NCBI GenBank assembly: GCA_043797665.1
Contig: JAZDPL010000073.1
Coordinates: forward strand, 62,009 to 126,008
Source of the DNA: Candidatus Omnitrophota bacterium
Lineage (GTDB): Bacteria > Ratteibacteria > UBA8468 > MWAK01
Direction of reading: 5' to 3'
Length of the DNA: 64,000 bases
Made by a program: the position numbers and the translations under genes
The notes under the pieces: generated by a model
The model's database searches: none
The model's input: the letters and a program-made list of their open reading frames with translations, nothing else
What the model was told of the DNA's origin: nothing
Part shown: in pieces, positions 18,091 through 28,252 of the stretch
Layout: each line of letters starts with the position of its first letter
How positions within the stretch are numbered: the first letter of the stretch is position 1

Positions 18091-21000
18091 ATGACAAAAC
18101 AAGAATTTAAAGAGCCGGGGGACCGGTATCGGCCGGTGCCTTTCTGGTTCTGGAATTTTTACCTCGACGACGAGGTTATTAAATTCCAGATCAAGCAGAT
18201 GAAAGAGGCAGGGCTGACTGGTTTTTTTATTCATGCCCGCCACGGTTTAAACATTCCTTACCTGGGCGAATCCTGGATGCAGAAATGCCTGATTGCCATT
18301 ACCGAAGCGGAAAAATTGGGCATGCAGGCCTGGATTTACGATGAGGATAACTGGCCCAGCGGGACAACAAGCGGCCGCGTAATCCGGGAGCACCCGGAGT
18401 ACCTGGCTTCGTTCATAACTGCAAAGGATGTCAACCTGTCCGGTCCTAAAAAAGTGGTTCTTGAGATAGAGCCCGAAGACGGCCTGTTCCTCCTGTTGGC
18501 GCTAAAAAGAACAGAAGAGGACAAGTTATCCGGTTTTCCCGGGGACGCGATTGACTTGAAACCGCACCTGGTTGGAAAACGGCTGAAGTGGCAGGTGCCG
18601 GCCGGAAACTGGAAGATAATAACGATTACAAGGAGGGTTTACCGCAACCTGATCTGGGGTGGTGAGGAGAAGAACGTCCGGAGAGGTTATCTTGACGTTC
18701 TGAATGAAAAAGCCGTGCGGTGTTTTATCGAAACGACGCACCAAAAGTACGTGGAAAGGTTTGAAAAGTACATCCCGGCGGTCATCCCCGGATTCTTTGT
18801 CGATGAACCGTCAATGAACTACAGCAATACCAACGATTACAACTGGAATCATGCCCGGTTGAAAGCGGTTCCTTTCACTCCCGGTCTGGCGGAAAAATTT
18901 TTACGGGTTGCCGGTTATGATTTTCTGACGGTTCTGCCCGGACTCTTTTATGATGTCGGAAAAGAGACGGCCAAAATCCGTTGCGATTACTACGAAACCA
19001 TCACCACTCTTTATAGCGAAAACTTTTTCAGACAGATTCACGATTATTGCCAGGCGCACAAACTTTTAAGCGTCGGACACGTCATTGCCGAAGGGGAACT
19101 GTTTATGCAGGTCAGGAACCAGGGAGACTACTTCCGGGTTACTGAACATATGCACTATGCCGGGTGCGACCAGCTGGCTGACCAGACCTGGCCGGCCGGT
19201 CTCTTTCACACCAATAATCTGGCGGCGCCGAAGTTCGCCAGTTCTGCCGGCCATCTGCTCAATAAACCGCGGGTGATGAGCGAAGCATACGGACTGGCCG
19301 GCGGCTGGGGTCTCACCCTGAAGACTCTGAAGAAACTGACCGACTGGCAGGTGGCTTTAGGCGTAAATTTCTTTGTGCCTCACGCTTTTTACCATTCAAT
19401 CTTCGGTTTCCGGAAGTGGGAATGCCCGCCTTCCCATTACCAGACAACCTTTTGGAAATATTACCGCATTTACGCCGATTATGTGGCCCGGCTGTGTTCG
19501 GTTTTTTCCGGCGGGCGTCATGTGGCGAAGGTGGCGGTTTTGTCGCCGGTCAAGAGCATTTGGTCGCAGATGGACCCGGATGATAGTCCGTTGATAAACA
19601 AAATTTGCGAAGAATTCGACTGGGTCAGCGGATTCCTTCTCCGCCGCCATTACGACTTCGACTACCTGAATGAGGAGATTTTACAGAAGGCAAAGGTTCA
19701 GGACAACCGGCTGAAGTTTTTTAAGGAAGACGGTGAGTTGAGCGAAGAATTTGAAGTGTTGATTCTACCCCGCATTACCACTCTTTCCCTGGCAACGGCG
19801 GAAAAGATTGAAGAGTTCGCAAAAAGAGGCGGTCTGGTAATCGCAACTTCACGCCTTCCGGATACTTCCGTAGAACGGGGTGGGGATGAAGTGTTGGAAA
19901 GAAGGATGGCCGGTATCTTTGCGAATGACCGCTGCAGTCTTGTCAAGGACGCATCAAAAAAGAGGAAAGAAGAAATTCTGGGAAGGCTGCTTGCCAAAAA
20001 TCTGAGGCCGGATGTGGTCATCAGGAAGAACAATAAACCGGTGGAAGAGATTATCTACCTCCATTATCTTAAAGACGAAAAAGATTTCTACTATTTGGTC
20101 AACACTTCCGAGACGGGAAAGAAGACCGCAGAAATAGTATTGGACCGGGCGGGAACAATGGAGGTGTGGGACCCGCTGAACGGAGAGACCGCGGTCTGTC
20201 ACAGTAAAGTTGTTGACGGCCGGATTAATCTTGACTTGAAGTTTGAGCCGGTTCAATCCTACCTGCTGGCGGTTGACAACGGGCCGCCGGTCCCGGAGGC
20301 AGACAGTACCGGGTTTTCCGGCCGGAATCCCCGGCCCGCCTTTTCCATCGGCCTGAAAGGACTATGGGGATTTTCCACTCTGAAACCGAACGCGCTTCCG
20401 CTGAAAGAATGGCAGTATGCGACTGCGGTTAAGATTACGCCCACCAGCGGTTTTCCGCTGGGAGTGCACCGTTACCGGACCGTCTTCTACGTCCGGGACG
20501 TGCCTGATTCTTTGAGAGTTTTACTTGACGGTTTACTCATTGACCGGATAAATTACGCCTGTCCGGCGCTTCGGGAAACCACCGAACACGGCATCCGGGT
20601 TTCTGTCAATGGGAAAAAAATCCCGCGGTGGCAGGACGGAACCTATCTTGACCACTATATCAAAGAGATGGATATCAGCCGGCTGGTTAAAAAAGGAAGA
20701 AATGTCATCGCGGTGGAGACCCTGAGCGAACTTTTTGAAGCGCCTAACCTGACCGACCCTTTTATCCTGGTCGGAAATTTCAGCCTCCGTTTTAAGGGCA
20801 GGAGACCTTTTCTGGTCAGGGAAAAAGGTGCGGTGAAAACAGGTTCCTGGGCTGAGCAGGGTTATCCCTACTATTCCGGGACCGCCTCTTACCGGAAATC
20901 ACTTAAGATATTCAGGAGCGTTGCGGGAATGAGAGTGGTTCTCAGGATGGAGGGCATCGCTGATATGGCGGAAGTGTGCGTTAACGGCCGGGATGTCAAG

Positions 21001-21192
21001 GTTGTACCCTGGCCGCCGTACGAAGCAGACATCACCGGATTGCTGAAACAAGGCGGGAACGAACTGGTTCTGAAGATAACCAATTCCCTTCATAATCTTT
21101 TGGCTGGAGAAAAGAATCCCTCCGGTTTGCTGGGAAAGGTACGGATTGACTTCTATGGTGAAAAAAAGGAAATAATTGTCGGGGAGGAATAA
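18091..21192 (+). CDS. GH106-like alpha-L-rhamnosidase family glycoside hydrolase
   Basis: RPVPFWFWN, GFFIHAR.G, WIYDEDNWPSG, GFFVDEP, GVNFFVPHA, and C-terminal GSW..QGYPYYSG. Confidence 0.8.
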   Translation: MTKQEFKEPGDRYRPVPFWFWNFYLDDEVIKFQIKQMKEAGLTGFFIHARHGLNIPYLGESWMQKCLIAITEAEKLGMQAWIYDEDNWPSGTTSGRVIREHPEYLASFITAKDVNLSGPKKVVLEIEPEDGLFLLLALKRTEEDKLSGFPGDAIDLKPHLVGKRLKWQVPAGNWKIITITRRVYRNLIWGGEEKNVRRGYLDVLNEKAVRCFIETTHQKYVERFEKYIPAVIPGFFVDEPSMNYSNTNDYNWNHARLKAVPFTPGLAEKFLRVAGYDFLTVLPGLFYDVGKETAKIRCDYYETITTLYSENFFRQIHDYCQAHKLLSVGHVIAEGELFMQVRNQGDYFRVTEHMHYAGCDQLADQTWPAGLFHTNNLAAPKFASSAGHLLNKPRVMSEAYGLAGGWGLTLKTLKKLTDWQVALGVNFFVPHAFYHSIFGFRKWECPPSHYQTTFWKYYRIYADYVARLCSVFSGGRHVAKVAVLSPVKSIWSQMDPDDSPLINKICEEFDWVSGFLLRRHYDFDYLNEEILQKAKVQDNRLKFFKEDGELSEEFEVLILPRITTLSLATAEKIEEFAKRGGLVIATSRLPDTSVERGGDEVLERRMAGIFANDRCSLVKDASKKRKEEILGRLLAKNLRPDVVIRKNNKPVEEIIYLHYLKDEKDFYYLVNTSETGKKTAEIVLDRAGTMEVWDPLNGETAVCHSKVVDGRINLDLKFEPVQSYLLAVDNGPPVPEADSTGFSGRNPRPAFSIGLKGLWGFSTLKPNALPLKEWQYATAVKITPTSGFPLGVHRYRTVFYVRDVPDSLRVLLDGLLIDRINYACPALRETTEHGIRVSVNGKKIPRWQDGTYLDHYIKEMDISRLVKKGRNVIAVETLSELFEAPNLTDPFILVGNFSLRFKGRRPFLVREKGAVKTGSWAEQGYPYYSGTASYRKSLKIFRSVAGMRVVLRMEGIADMAEVCVNGRDVKVVPWPPYEADITGLLKQGGNELVLKITNSLHNLLAGEKNPSGLLGKVRIDFYGEKKEIIVGEE

Positions 21193-21197
21193 GAAGA

Positions 21198-24182
21198 ATG
21201 GAGTGGAAAGCGAACTGGCTCTGGGCCGCCGGGAGAGGCAAGGCAGTAAATCAATATCTCTACGCGCGAAAAGTCGTGGAGATTCCCGGGGCAGTTAACA
21301 GCGCTCAAGTTTATTGCGCCTGTTTTTCAAGGTATAAATTATACGTTAACGGAAAGTATGTCGGGAGAGGTCCCAGTCACTGCAACCCGGCCTGGCAGTA
21401 TTATGATGAATACGGGTTGGCCGGCTATCTGCGTCCGGGCAGGAATGTAATTGCCGTCATTTGCTACAACTATGGAATAGGAACGCACAACCGACCGTAT
21501 TGCCGCGGCGGTTTTCTCTTTCAAGGCGAAATTTTTTCCGATAAAGAAAAGATTGCCGTTTTTTCCGATAGTTCCTGGAAGGTATCGCCGGAGACGCCCT
21601 GGGCGCAGGACAGCCCCCGGCTCTTCTTCCCGGCTGGATTCCAGGAGATTTACGACAAACGGAAAGAATCGCGGTGGCTGGACCCGGACTTTGACGATTC
21701 ATCCTGGGAGGAACCGGAGATAATCGGTCGTCCGCCCGTGGCGCCCTGGTTACGGTTAATCCCGCGGGAGATACCGCCGTTACGGGAGACCGCATCATTT
21801 CCGGAAAGCATCTTGAGAATCGGCCAGGGAGAACGACCGGACGGTCTCTTTAACATCAACTTTGACCGTTTTCTTGCTCCGGACGAAAACGGCATTGTCT
21901 ACGCCCTGACCTATCTGTATTCCGCTGTTAACCGCAAAGCGCAACTGACACTCGCGTGTGACGATGCGTTCAAAGCATGGATTAACGAAAAGTCTGTTTT
22001 GACCCAGAACGGGGAGGGATGGACCAAGTGGATCCCGGACGAAAAGGAAACTTATCACCAGTTTCACAAGGGGTACGGTTGGCCGAAGGAGATAGCCGGA
22101 ATTTCCCTGCGGCGCGGCTGGAATAAGATACTGGTAAAAGTCAGCCAGGGTGTAAAGAGCTGGGGTTTTCTTTTTTACATATCTCCCCTGTCGGCGGGAA
22201 TTATCGGGAAGGATATGTTCTATTCCAGCCGCAAAGAATATGAGGACGCGGAGTCCTGGATGTTGGCCGGTCCTTTCCCCGAAACGCTGAAAGAGGGAAA
22301 AGAAATCGGCCTGGAGACAACTTATCCGCCCGAGAAAGAAATAGACTTCAGCAAGTCCTATCCGTCTGACGACCGCAGGGCGAGGTGGAAACCGTTTGGG
22401 GATGAACGGACGGTTATAGAAGTGGCGGGATTTATGAAAAAGGAAAAGAAGAGCCTCGCCCCGGAAAACTTGTTTGCCAATCCATCGGCAATCTTATCGG
22501 ATAATGAAGAATTTGCCGAAGTCAGAACGGAGGGGCAAAAGTCCACATTCATCCTCTGCGATTTCGGCCGGGAAGTGACGGGTTATCCGAAAGTTGAAAT
22601 TGCTGAATGTCGGGGCGGCATCCTGGATTTGGGCTACAGTGAATGGCTGGACGAAAAAGGGAATATTGACCCCACCAGACAGAACATCAAACAAGCGGAC
22701 CGGTTCATCCTCGCCGAAGGACCGCAGACCATCCAGACATTTTCCCGGCGGGCTTTCCGTTATCTTCAACTCACCTTCCGTTCCTGTCCCGGCTCGGTAA
22801 AGATAAGGGACGTGGAAATTATTTCGGTTAATTATCCGGTGGAATACAAGGGATTATTCCATTGTTCGGATGAACTCCTGAATAGTATCTGGAAGGTGAG
22901 CCGTTACACCTTGCAATTGTGTATGCAGGACCACTATGAGGACTGTCCGCTGCGTGAACGTGCCCAGTACTGTGGAGACATGCGCGTGGAAGCCATGGAA
23001 AACTACTACGCTTTCGGGGACTACAAACTTTCCGGCAAAGGTTTGAAACAATTTATCCAGTCGCAGGAGCCCAGCGGCTGGTTCCGCGCCGATTACCCCA
23101 GCGCCACTTATCACCAGATTGTTGATTACTGCGCCGTTTGGGTCCTTGCTCTGTATGATTACTATTTCTACACCGGAGACATCCGCCTGGTTTCGGAACT
23201 CTACCCGAATCTGCTTGCGGTGTTGGGCTGGCTTGAAGACCAGTTGAACGAGCGGAAACTGATTTCCAAGAAAGAACAATGGTGGGTTTTCATTGATTGG
23301 GCGGAGATGGACAACAGAGGTGAAGTAACCGGATTTCAGATGTTCTATTACCAGGCGCTTCTGACTGCGGCGAAATTATCTTCCGCATTGGGTGACCGGA
23401 AGCAGGCAAACAGGCAGCGCCGGCTTGCCGACAGGATTAAGGCTTCCATCAACCGATACCTCTGGTCGGATAAGAAAGGCGCCTACGTGGATTGCTGCAG
23501 CGGGGGTCGTCAGAGTCCCTCGGTCAGTTATCCTGCCAATTGCCTGGCGATTCTCTTTGGGGTTGCCGATGACCGTAAGTCAAGGAAGATTCACGCCAAC
23601 GTCTTTAACAATCCTGCGGTGAAGCCGCTCAACGCCCCCTATTTTTATTTCTATTTTCTGGACACTCTTTTCAACTTTAAAAAAGATAAAGAAGCGGTTT
23701 TGCGGACAAGGGATTACTACGGACGGATGCTGGAACACGGTGCAACCACCTGGTGGGAATGGTTTGAACCCGGAGCGAAGGTCATTCCCAGGGAAGACGT
23801 CAGCCTTTGCCACGCATATTCTTCGGCGCCGGCCTATATTTTTCCTTCGCGCATCTTGGGGGTAAGACCGCTGGAGCCGGGGTTCAGCCGCTTCTGCGTA
23901 GCGCCGATGTTGGGCGGTCTGACGTGGGCCGAGGGAAAAGTCCCGACACCCAAAGGCATCATCACGGTCTATTGGAAAAGGGACCTTAAAAAAAATTCCT
24001 TGGAAATAGAAATAACCGCTCCGGAGGGTTGTCAGGCCGATGTTCTTTTACCCGAGATAAAATTTTCTGAAACCATAGTTAGGGTCAACGGCGAATTGAA
24101 AAAGTCCGGCAGGATTCGGCAAAAAAGGAAAGGAGGGATTAGAAATGGGGTGTTTTGTCCGGGAAGAACCGAGAAGGGTTGA
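21198..24182 (+). CDS. GH78 alpha-L-rhamnosidase with an inserted beta-sandwich module
   Basis: YKLYVNG, DFGREVTG, RAFRYLQL, EDCPLRERAQYCGD, FIDW, GATTWWE, SLCHAYS. Confidence 0.9.
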   Translation: MEWKANWLWAAGRGKAVNQYLYARKVVEIPGAVNSAQVYCACFSRYKLYVNGKYVGRGPSHCNPAWQYYDEYGLAGYLRPGRNVIAVICYNYGIGTHNRPYCRGGFLFQGEIFSDKEKIAVFSDSSWKVSPETPWAQDSPRLFFPAGFQEIYDKRKESRWLDPDFDDSSWEEPEIIGRPPVAPWLRLIPREIPPLRETASFPESILRIGQGERPDGLFNINFDRFLAPDENGIVYALTYLYSAVNRKAQLTLACDDAFKAWINEKSVLTQNGEGWTKWIPDEKETYHQFHKGYGWPKEIAGISLRRGWNKILVKVSQGVKSWGFLFYISPLSAGIIGKDMFYSSRKEYEDAESWMLAGPFPETLKEGKEIGLETTYPPEKEIDFSKSYPSDDRRARWKPFGDERTVIEVAGFMKKEKKSLAPENLFANPSAILSDNEEFAEVRTEGQKSTFILCDFGREVTGYPKVEIAECRGGILDLGYSEWLDEKGNIDPTRQNIKQADRFILAEGPQTIQTFSRRAFRYLQLTFRSCPGSVKIRDVEIISVNYPVEYKGLFHCSDELLNSIWKVSRYTLQLCMQDHYEDCPLRERAQYCGDMRVEAMENYYAFGDYKLSGKGLKQFIQSQEPSGWFRADYPSATYHQIVDYCAVWVLALYDYYFYTGDIRLVSELYPNLLAVLGWLEDQLNERKLISKKEQWWVFIDWAEMDNRGEVTGFQMFYYQALLTAAKLSSALGDRKQANRQRRLADRIKASINRYLWSDKKGAYVDCCSGGRQSPSVSYPANCLAILFGVADDRKSRKIHANVFNNPAVKPLNAPYFYFYFLDTLFNFKKDKEAVLRTRDYYGRMLEHGATTWWEWFEPGAKVIPREDVSLCHAYSSAPAYIFPSRILGVRPLEPGFSRFCVAPMLGGLTWAEGKVPTPKGIITVYWKRDLKKNSLEIEITAPEGCQADVLLPEIKFSETIVRVNGELKKSGRIRQKRKGGIRNGVFCPGRTEKG

Positions 24183-26130
24183 AATTGGCAATGAGCAAAT
24201 AAGGGTTTCCTGGACCAGACTTCGGGGAAACTTGATTGCCAGAACCGGCGGAGGAGTCTTTTACCGGGAAGGCCGGGAATGGATGAAGGTTGCCGAATTG
24301 GCCGAAGGTGATTGTACAATCAGTAGCGGAACGGGCGACAAATCCCCCAACTTTCCGGTCTCCGGCCGGGTTATTGCAAAAGGAGGCGAAGCGGTCATGC
24401 GCCTGGAATTTCCACTGGTTCACACCGGCACTACCGATTGGCGGATAGAGGGCGAATGGCGTATCATATCAGGCGAAAATAGGGTACACTGGTCTTATGA
24501 ATTCATCCCGTCCTGGCACCTTGAATTTACGCCTTCCGGTCCGCTGGAACAAAAGTTTCTTTTAAGCGTCAACTTTAACGTCCTGCCTAATGTCTGGAGG
24601 AACCTTACCGTTCCCTCCTGCTGCGGTTATAAAGAAGGAGACATCTGCTATGCCGTCTTTCCTGAAAAGGAAGACCCTTTTTGGATGCGGTTGGAAGATC
24701 CGGAATGGGTGCGCAACAACGTAAATTCCCTGGAGATAATGAAGTACAAGCATTACGCGTCTTCCTACAAGCCCTCGAAATACTCCAAAGGTTTGCAGAA
24801 GGTGAGGTTGGCCGGTTGGTTTCTGGTGGACCGGATTGATCCGCGGATGCTTCACCAGACATTGTGGAACTATCTGAAACCGGTTCCGAACCAGGCAGTC
24901 CGAAGCCTGAACGAGACATCAAAATTAGCTTTTGACTTTTTGTGCCGTAGTTTCCAGGAGGCAGTCAGGACCGGGTACTTCGTTCCCGGAGAAGGCGCTT
25001 TTACTGATTTGGCCACCGGTTATGACTGGTTTCATATGTACAGCCCCAGTACTTACGGGGTTGGTTTCAGTTGTGGTTACGCCGGCGGTTCCATCGCTTT
25101 TCTGCTTGAATATTACCGGGCAAAAAAGGATAGACGAGCGCAAGAGATGGCCCGTTCCATCGCCAACTGGGTCTGCCGTCGTGTCCAGGCAACGTACGGC
25201 GGTTACCATAATATGTACGACGTGATACTCCGGGAAGGCTTCGAAATGGCCGGAGAGGACTACATCAATCCACATACGACCGGGCGCATTGCGGCAAACA
25301 TCTTTTCCGCCTATAAACATTTCGGAGCGGAAGAGTATAAGAACTCCGCACTCAATGCCTGTGACTGGCTTTTAAAAATCCAGGAACAAGATGGAGCATT
25401 ACCTTACCGGTTAGTTGCTTCAACCGGTGAACCGGATGGAGTTAAGGCTTATGCGGCAACCGCTCTACAGGTGGCCAGCGCCTGGCTTGCGGCCTACGAA
25501 ATAACCGGGAAGAAACATTATCTGAAGTCTTCCCGAAAACTGGCCGAATGGGTTGAATCCCGGTTCCTATGCCGCCGGATAATCAGCGGCTACTTCAGTT
25601 ACGAAAGGCCAGCCAACGGTTTAAGCGACTGGGAAGTTCCCAGCGTCAGTGCACCTTCGTTTGTGATTGAAGCCCTATCCAACCTTTACCGCGTCACCGA
25701 TGACCGGAAATATCTCAACCAGGCTGAGGAGGTCGGTTACCTCAACAGCCTCTGGCAGTGGCTGTGGGAATTTCCGGAAGGTTCTCTGGGTAAGCGGGTA
25801 AAGGGTACCTGCCAGGCCGGTTACGGTATGAGTTATACCATAGACCAGATTCTTGGTAACGAACTGCCCAACGTAATCGACGGTTTTTTAACTCTATATG
25901 AATTGACCGGCAAGAAACACTGGCTTCAACTGGCGGAACTCGGTCTGCCCTGCCTGGCCGAATACCAGCACAGCATTCCAGGTCAACCGATGTACGGCGC
26001 CATCTGTGAGGGCTGGAGTCTGACTGAAGACCGTTTTTTGCCTCACCCAACCGGCTTGGCCGGCGGCACTGCTTATCTGCTACATGTTATCATTAAGTAT
26101 CGGCAATTAACCAGGAGAAACAGAAGATAA
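24145..26130 (+). CDS. Hypothetical protein with an (alpha/alpha)6-barrel (six-hairpin glycosidase-like) C-terminus
   Basis: Repeated helix-hairpin motifs AYEITGKKHYL, LYRVTDDRKYL, LYELTGKKHWL and WLLKIQEQDG; GGAGG SD. Confidence 0.6.
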   Translation: MGCFVREEPRRVEIGNEQIRVSWTRLRGNLIARTGGGVFYREGREWMKVAELAEGDCTISSGTGDKSPNFPVSGRVIAKGGEAVMRLEFPLVHTGTTDWRIEGEWRIISGENRVHWSYEFIPSWHLEFTPSGPLEQKFLLSVNFNVLPNVWRNLTVPSCCGYKEGDICYAVFPEKEDPFWMRLEDPEWVRNNVNSLEIMKYKHYASSYKPSKYSKGLQKVRLAGWFLVDRIDPRMLHQTLWNYLKPVPNQAVRSLNETSKLAFDFLCRSFQEAVRTGYFVPGEGAFTDLATGYDWFHMYSPSTYGVGFSCGYAGGSIAFLLEYYRAKKDRRAQEMARSIANWVCRRVQATYGGYHNMYDVILREGFEMAGEDYINPHTTGRIAANIFSAYKHFGAEEYKNSALNACDWLLKIQEQDGALPYRLVASTGEPDGVKAYAATALQVASAWLAAYEITGKKHYLKSSRKLAEWVESRFLCRRIISGYFSYERPANGLSDWEVPSVSAPSFVIEALSNLYRVTDDRKYLNQAEEVGYLNSLWQWLWEFPEGSLGKRVKGTCQAGYGMSYTIDQILGNELPNVIDGFLTLYELTGKKHWLQLAELGLPCLAEYQHSIPGQPMYGAICEGWSLTEDRFLPHPTGLAGGTAYLLHVIIKYRQLTRRNRR

Positions 26131-26215
26131 TATATCCAAGGATATTTTGCATTACCAATGCAAATTTGTCTTGATTGATCGGATGCGGAGGCACCGTTGG
26201 ACGCGAGGGGACGAT

Positions 26216-27232
26216 ATGGATAATATCAAGGCGGTAGTGGTTGGGGCGGGGGGTATTTCCGGTGCGTGGTTTGGGCCTCTTAAAGCCGAAGGGGTGGAAA
26301 TTATGGCGGTGGTGGAAAAAGATACGGAAAAGGCGAAAACCCGGCTTAAGGAATTTGGTCTTGAGACTGAGATATCCGATGACCTTAAAGGTGTTCTTAA
26401 AAAGAAGAAGCCTGATTTTGTGGTTGACTTAACCCCGCCGGAGGGACACTGTCAGGTTACCTGTACCGCACTTAAAGCCGGCTGCCACGTGATTGGCGAA
26501 AAGCCGATGGCTTCAAGTATGAGTGAAGCAAGGAAGATGGTGCATACATCAGAAAAGACCGGAAGGCTCTACATGGTCAGCCAGTCCCGGCGGTGGGATA
26601 CCAACTTTGAGACCGTCAGGCAGACAATCATAACCGGTGAAATCGGAGTTTTGACCACCGTTAATTGTGGGTTTTTCTTAGGCGCCCATTTTGGCGGGTT
26701 TCGGGACCGGATGTCAAGCCCGTTGATTCTTGATATGGCAATTCATCACTTTGACTTAGTGCGTTTCCTCTCCGGTTTGGACCCGATAACGGTGGTGGCG
26801 AAAGAGTTCAACCCGAAAGGCTCCTGGTATGCGGGAGACGTCTCGGCAAGCTGTATCTTTGAGATGACCGATAGGGTTATCTTTACCTACCGGGGCAGTT
26901 GGTGTTCCGAGGGATGTGCTACCGGATGGAACGGATGTTGGCGGTTTATCGGGGATAAAGGTACCCTGATTTATGAAAAGGACAGCCAGATTTACGGTCA
27001 GGTAGTGGCAGGTTCCGAAGGTTTCTCACTGCCCTTAAAAGACCTGCCGATTCACGCTACGAAAGTAGAATTTACAGGAATGCACGGTGCTCTTCGGGAA
27101 ATGCTGGATTTTATTCGTACCGGCAAAAAACCCCGGACAGAATGCCATGACAACATTAAGTCTTTAGCCATGGTTTTTTCCGTGTTAGAAAGCGCAAAAA
27201 AAAGACGCTGGGTACCCGTCCGCACTTTATAG
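26216..27232 (+). CDS. Gfo/Idh/MocA family oxidoreductase
   Basis: VVGAGGI, HVIGEKPMA, DMAIHHFD. Start ATG 26216 follows a GAGGGG SD; the ORF track gives 26147. Confidence 0.9.
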   Translation: MDNIKAVVVGAGGISGAWFGPLKAEGVEIMAVVEKDTEKAKTRLKEFGLETEISDDLKGVLKKKKPDFVVDLTPPEGHCQVTCTALKAGCHVIGEKPMASSMSEARKMVHTSEKTGRLYMVSQSRRWDTNFETVRQTIITGEIGVLTTVNCGFFLGAHFGGFRDRMSSPLILDMAIHHFDLVRFLSGLDPITVVAKEFNPKGSWYAGDVSASCIFEMTDRVIFTYRGSWCSEGCATGWNGCWRFIGDKGTLIYEKDSQIYGQVVAGSEGFSLPLKDLPIHATKVEFTGMHGALREMLDFIRTGKKPRTECHDNIKSLAMVFSVLESAKKRRWVPVRTL

Positions 27233-27250
27233 TCACATCTATAAAAAAGG

Positions 27251-27280
27251 TTGAATTAATACCGGGTTTTGCGGTATAAT
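27251..27280 (+). promoter_or_regulatory. sigma70 promoter, probably leaderless
   Basis: TTGAAT-18 bp-TATAAT, with the GTG start 6 nt downstream. Confidence 0.6.
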
Positions 27281-27286
27281 TAAGTA

Positions 27287-27928
27287 GTGAAACTGTTCTG
27301 GGAAGTCCTGGGCAAAGAGCAGATAAAACTCTTACCCCGCCTCCGGTTTTTAAAAGAAGAAGGGTTCTACTTATCCGGAGGAACCAGCCTTGCTCTCCAG
27401 ATTAACCACCGTACCTCGGTGGACTTTGACTTTTATAACGAGAAAGAATTTTCTTCAGAGGATATCGTAACCCTATTTCAGAAAAAGATAAAAGATACTA
27501 CTATCGTTCAAACCGGGAGAGGAACTCTGATTACCAAAGCAGGAAATACAGAAATAAGCCTTTTTTATTATCCCTATAAACTTTTAGCGCCTCTTGTCGA
27601 GACCGAAAGCATTGTTTTGACTTCACTGCAGGATATCGCGGCCATGAAATTGGTCGCCATCATTCAGAGAGGTAAAAAAAGAGATTTCTTTGACCTCTAT
27701 TTTTTAGTTAAGACCTTTGGGTTTGGGGAGGTTTTTAAATTGACCTCTCAAAAATATCCGCCGTTCAACCCTTATTTAGGTCTGCGGGCATTAACCTATT
27801 TTGAGGATGCGGAAAGAGAAGATTTAAAAGAAAGGAAAATTGTCTTGTTTAATCCAATCACCTGGAAAGAAGTTAAGGAGTTTTTTATCAAGGAAACAAA
27901 GAACTATTATAAAGAAAAACTGCAATGA
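27287..27928 (+). CDS. AbiEii/AbiGii-type nucleotidyltransferase (putative toxin)
   Basis: FYLSGGTSLALQINHRTSVDFDF, IAAMKL, RGKKRDFFDLY. Confidence 0.85.
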   Translation: MKLFWEVLGKEQIKLLPRLRFLKEEGFYLSGGTSLALQINHRTSVDFDFYNEKEFSSEDIVTLFQKKIKDTTIVQTGRGTLITKAGNTEISLFYYPYKLLAPLVETESIVLTSLQDIAAMKLVAIIQRGKKRDFFDLYFLVKTFGFGEVFKLTSQKYPPFNPYLGLRALTYFEDAEREDLKERKIVLFNPITWKEVKEFFIKETKNYYKEKLQ

Positions 27929-28233
27929 TTACCAGGATTCCCGGGTTCCTTAAGCATGCTTTCCCTTCCTATAATGTGAATATGCTAAATCGGAAGGAAG
28001 ATAAAAGATTGATTATTACTCAGATTTTGAATTATGGGGTTTGGAAAGATATAAAGTGGCTTTACTCTGTCTATAACGAAGAAGATATTAAAAAAATTCT
28101 CAGGGTTCCTGACCGGGGGGTATGGTTCCCTGATGTCTTGAATTTCTGGGAGACCATGCTGGGCATAAAAGTCCCGCCAAAAAAGAGAAAGAAAGCAATA
28201 TTTAACCTCCACCCTGATTTTACCGGGGATTGA
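27925..28233 (+). CDS. Small partner protein of the AbiEii-type gene (DUF6922-like)
   Basis: ATGA coupling to the upstream gene; IITQILNYG..DIKWL...Y motif. Confidence 0.7.
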   Translation: MITRIPGFLKHAFPSYNVNMLNRKEDKRLIITQILNYGVWKDIKWLYSVYNEEDIKKILRVPDRGVWFPDVLNFWETMLGIKVPPKKRKKAIFNLHPDFTGD

Positions 28234-28252
28234 TTTAGATTAGGTTGTGTAC

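Noticed and set aside
27233..28252. Integron gene cassettes (AT-rich TA-like genes)
   Set aside because: No attC-like structure or integron integrase is seen around this or the other small cassettes.
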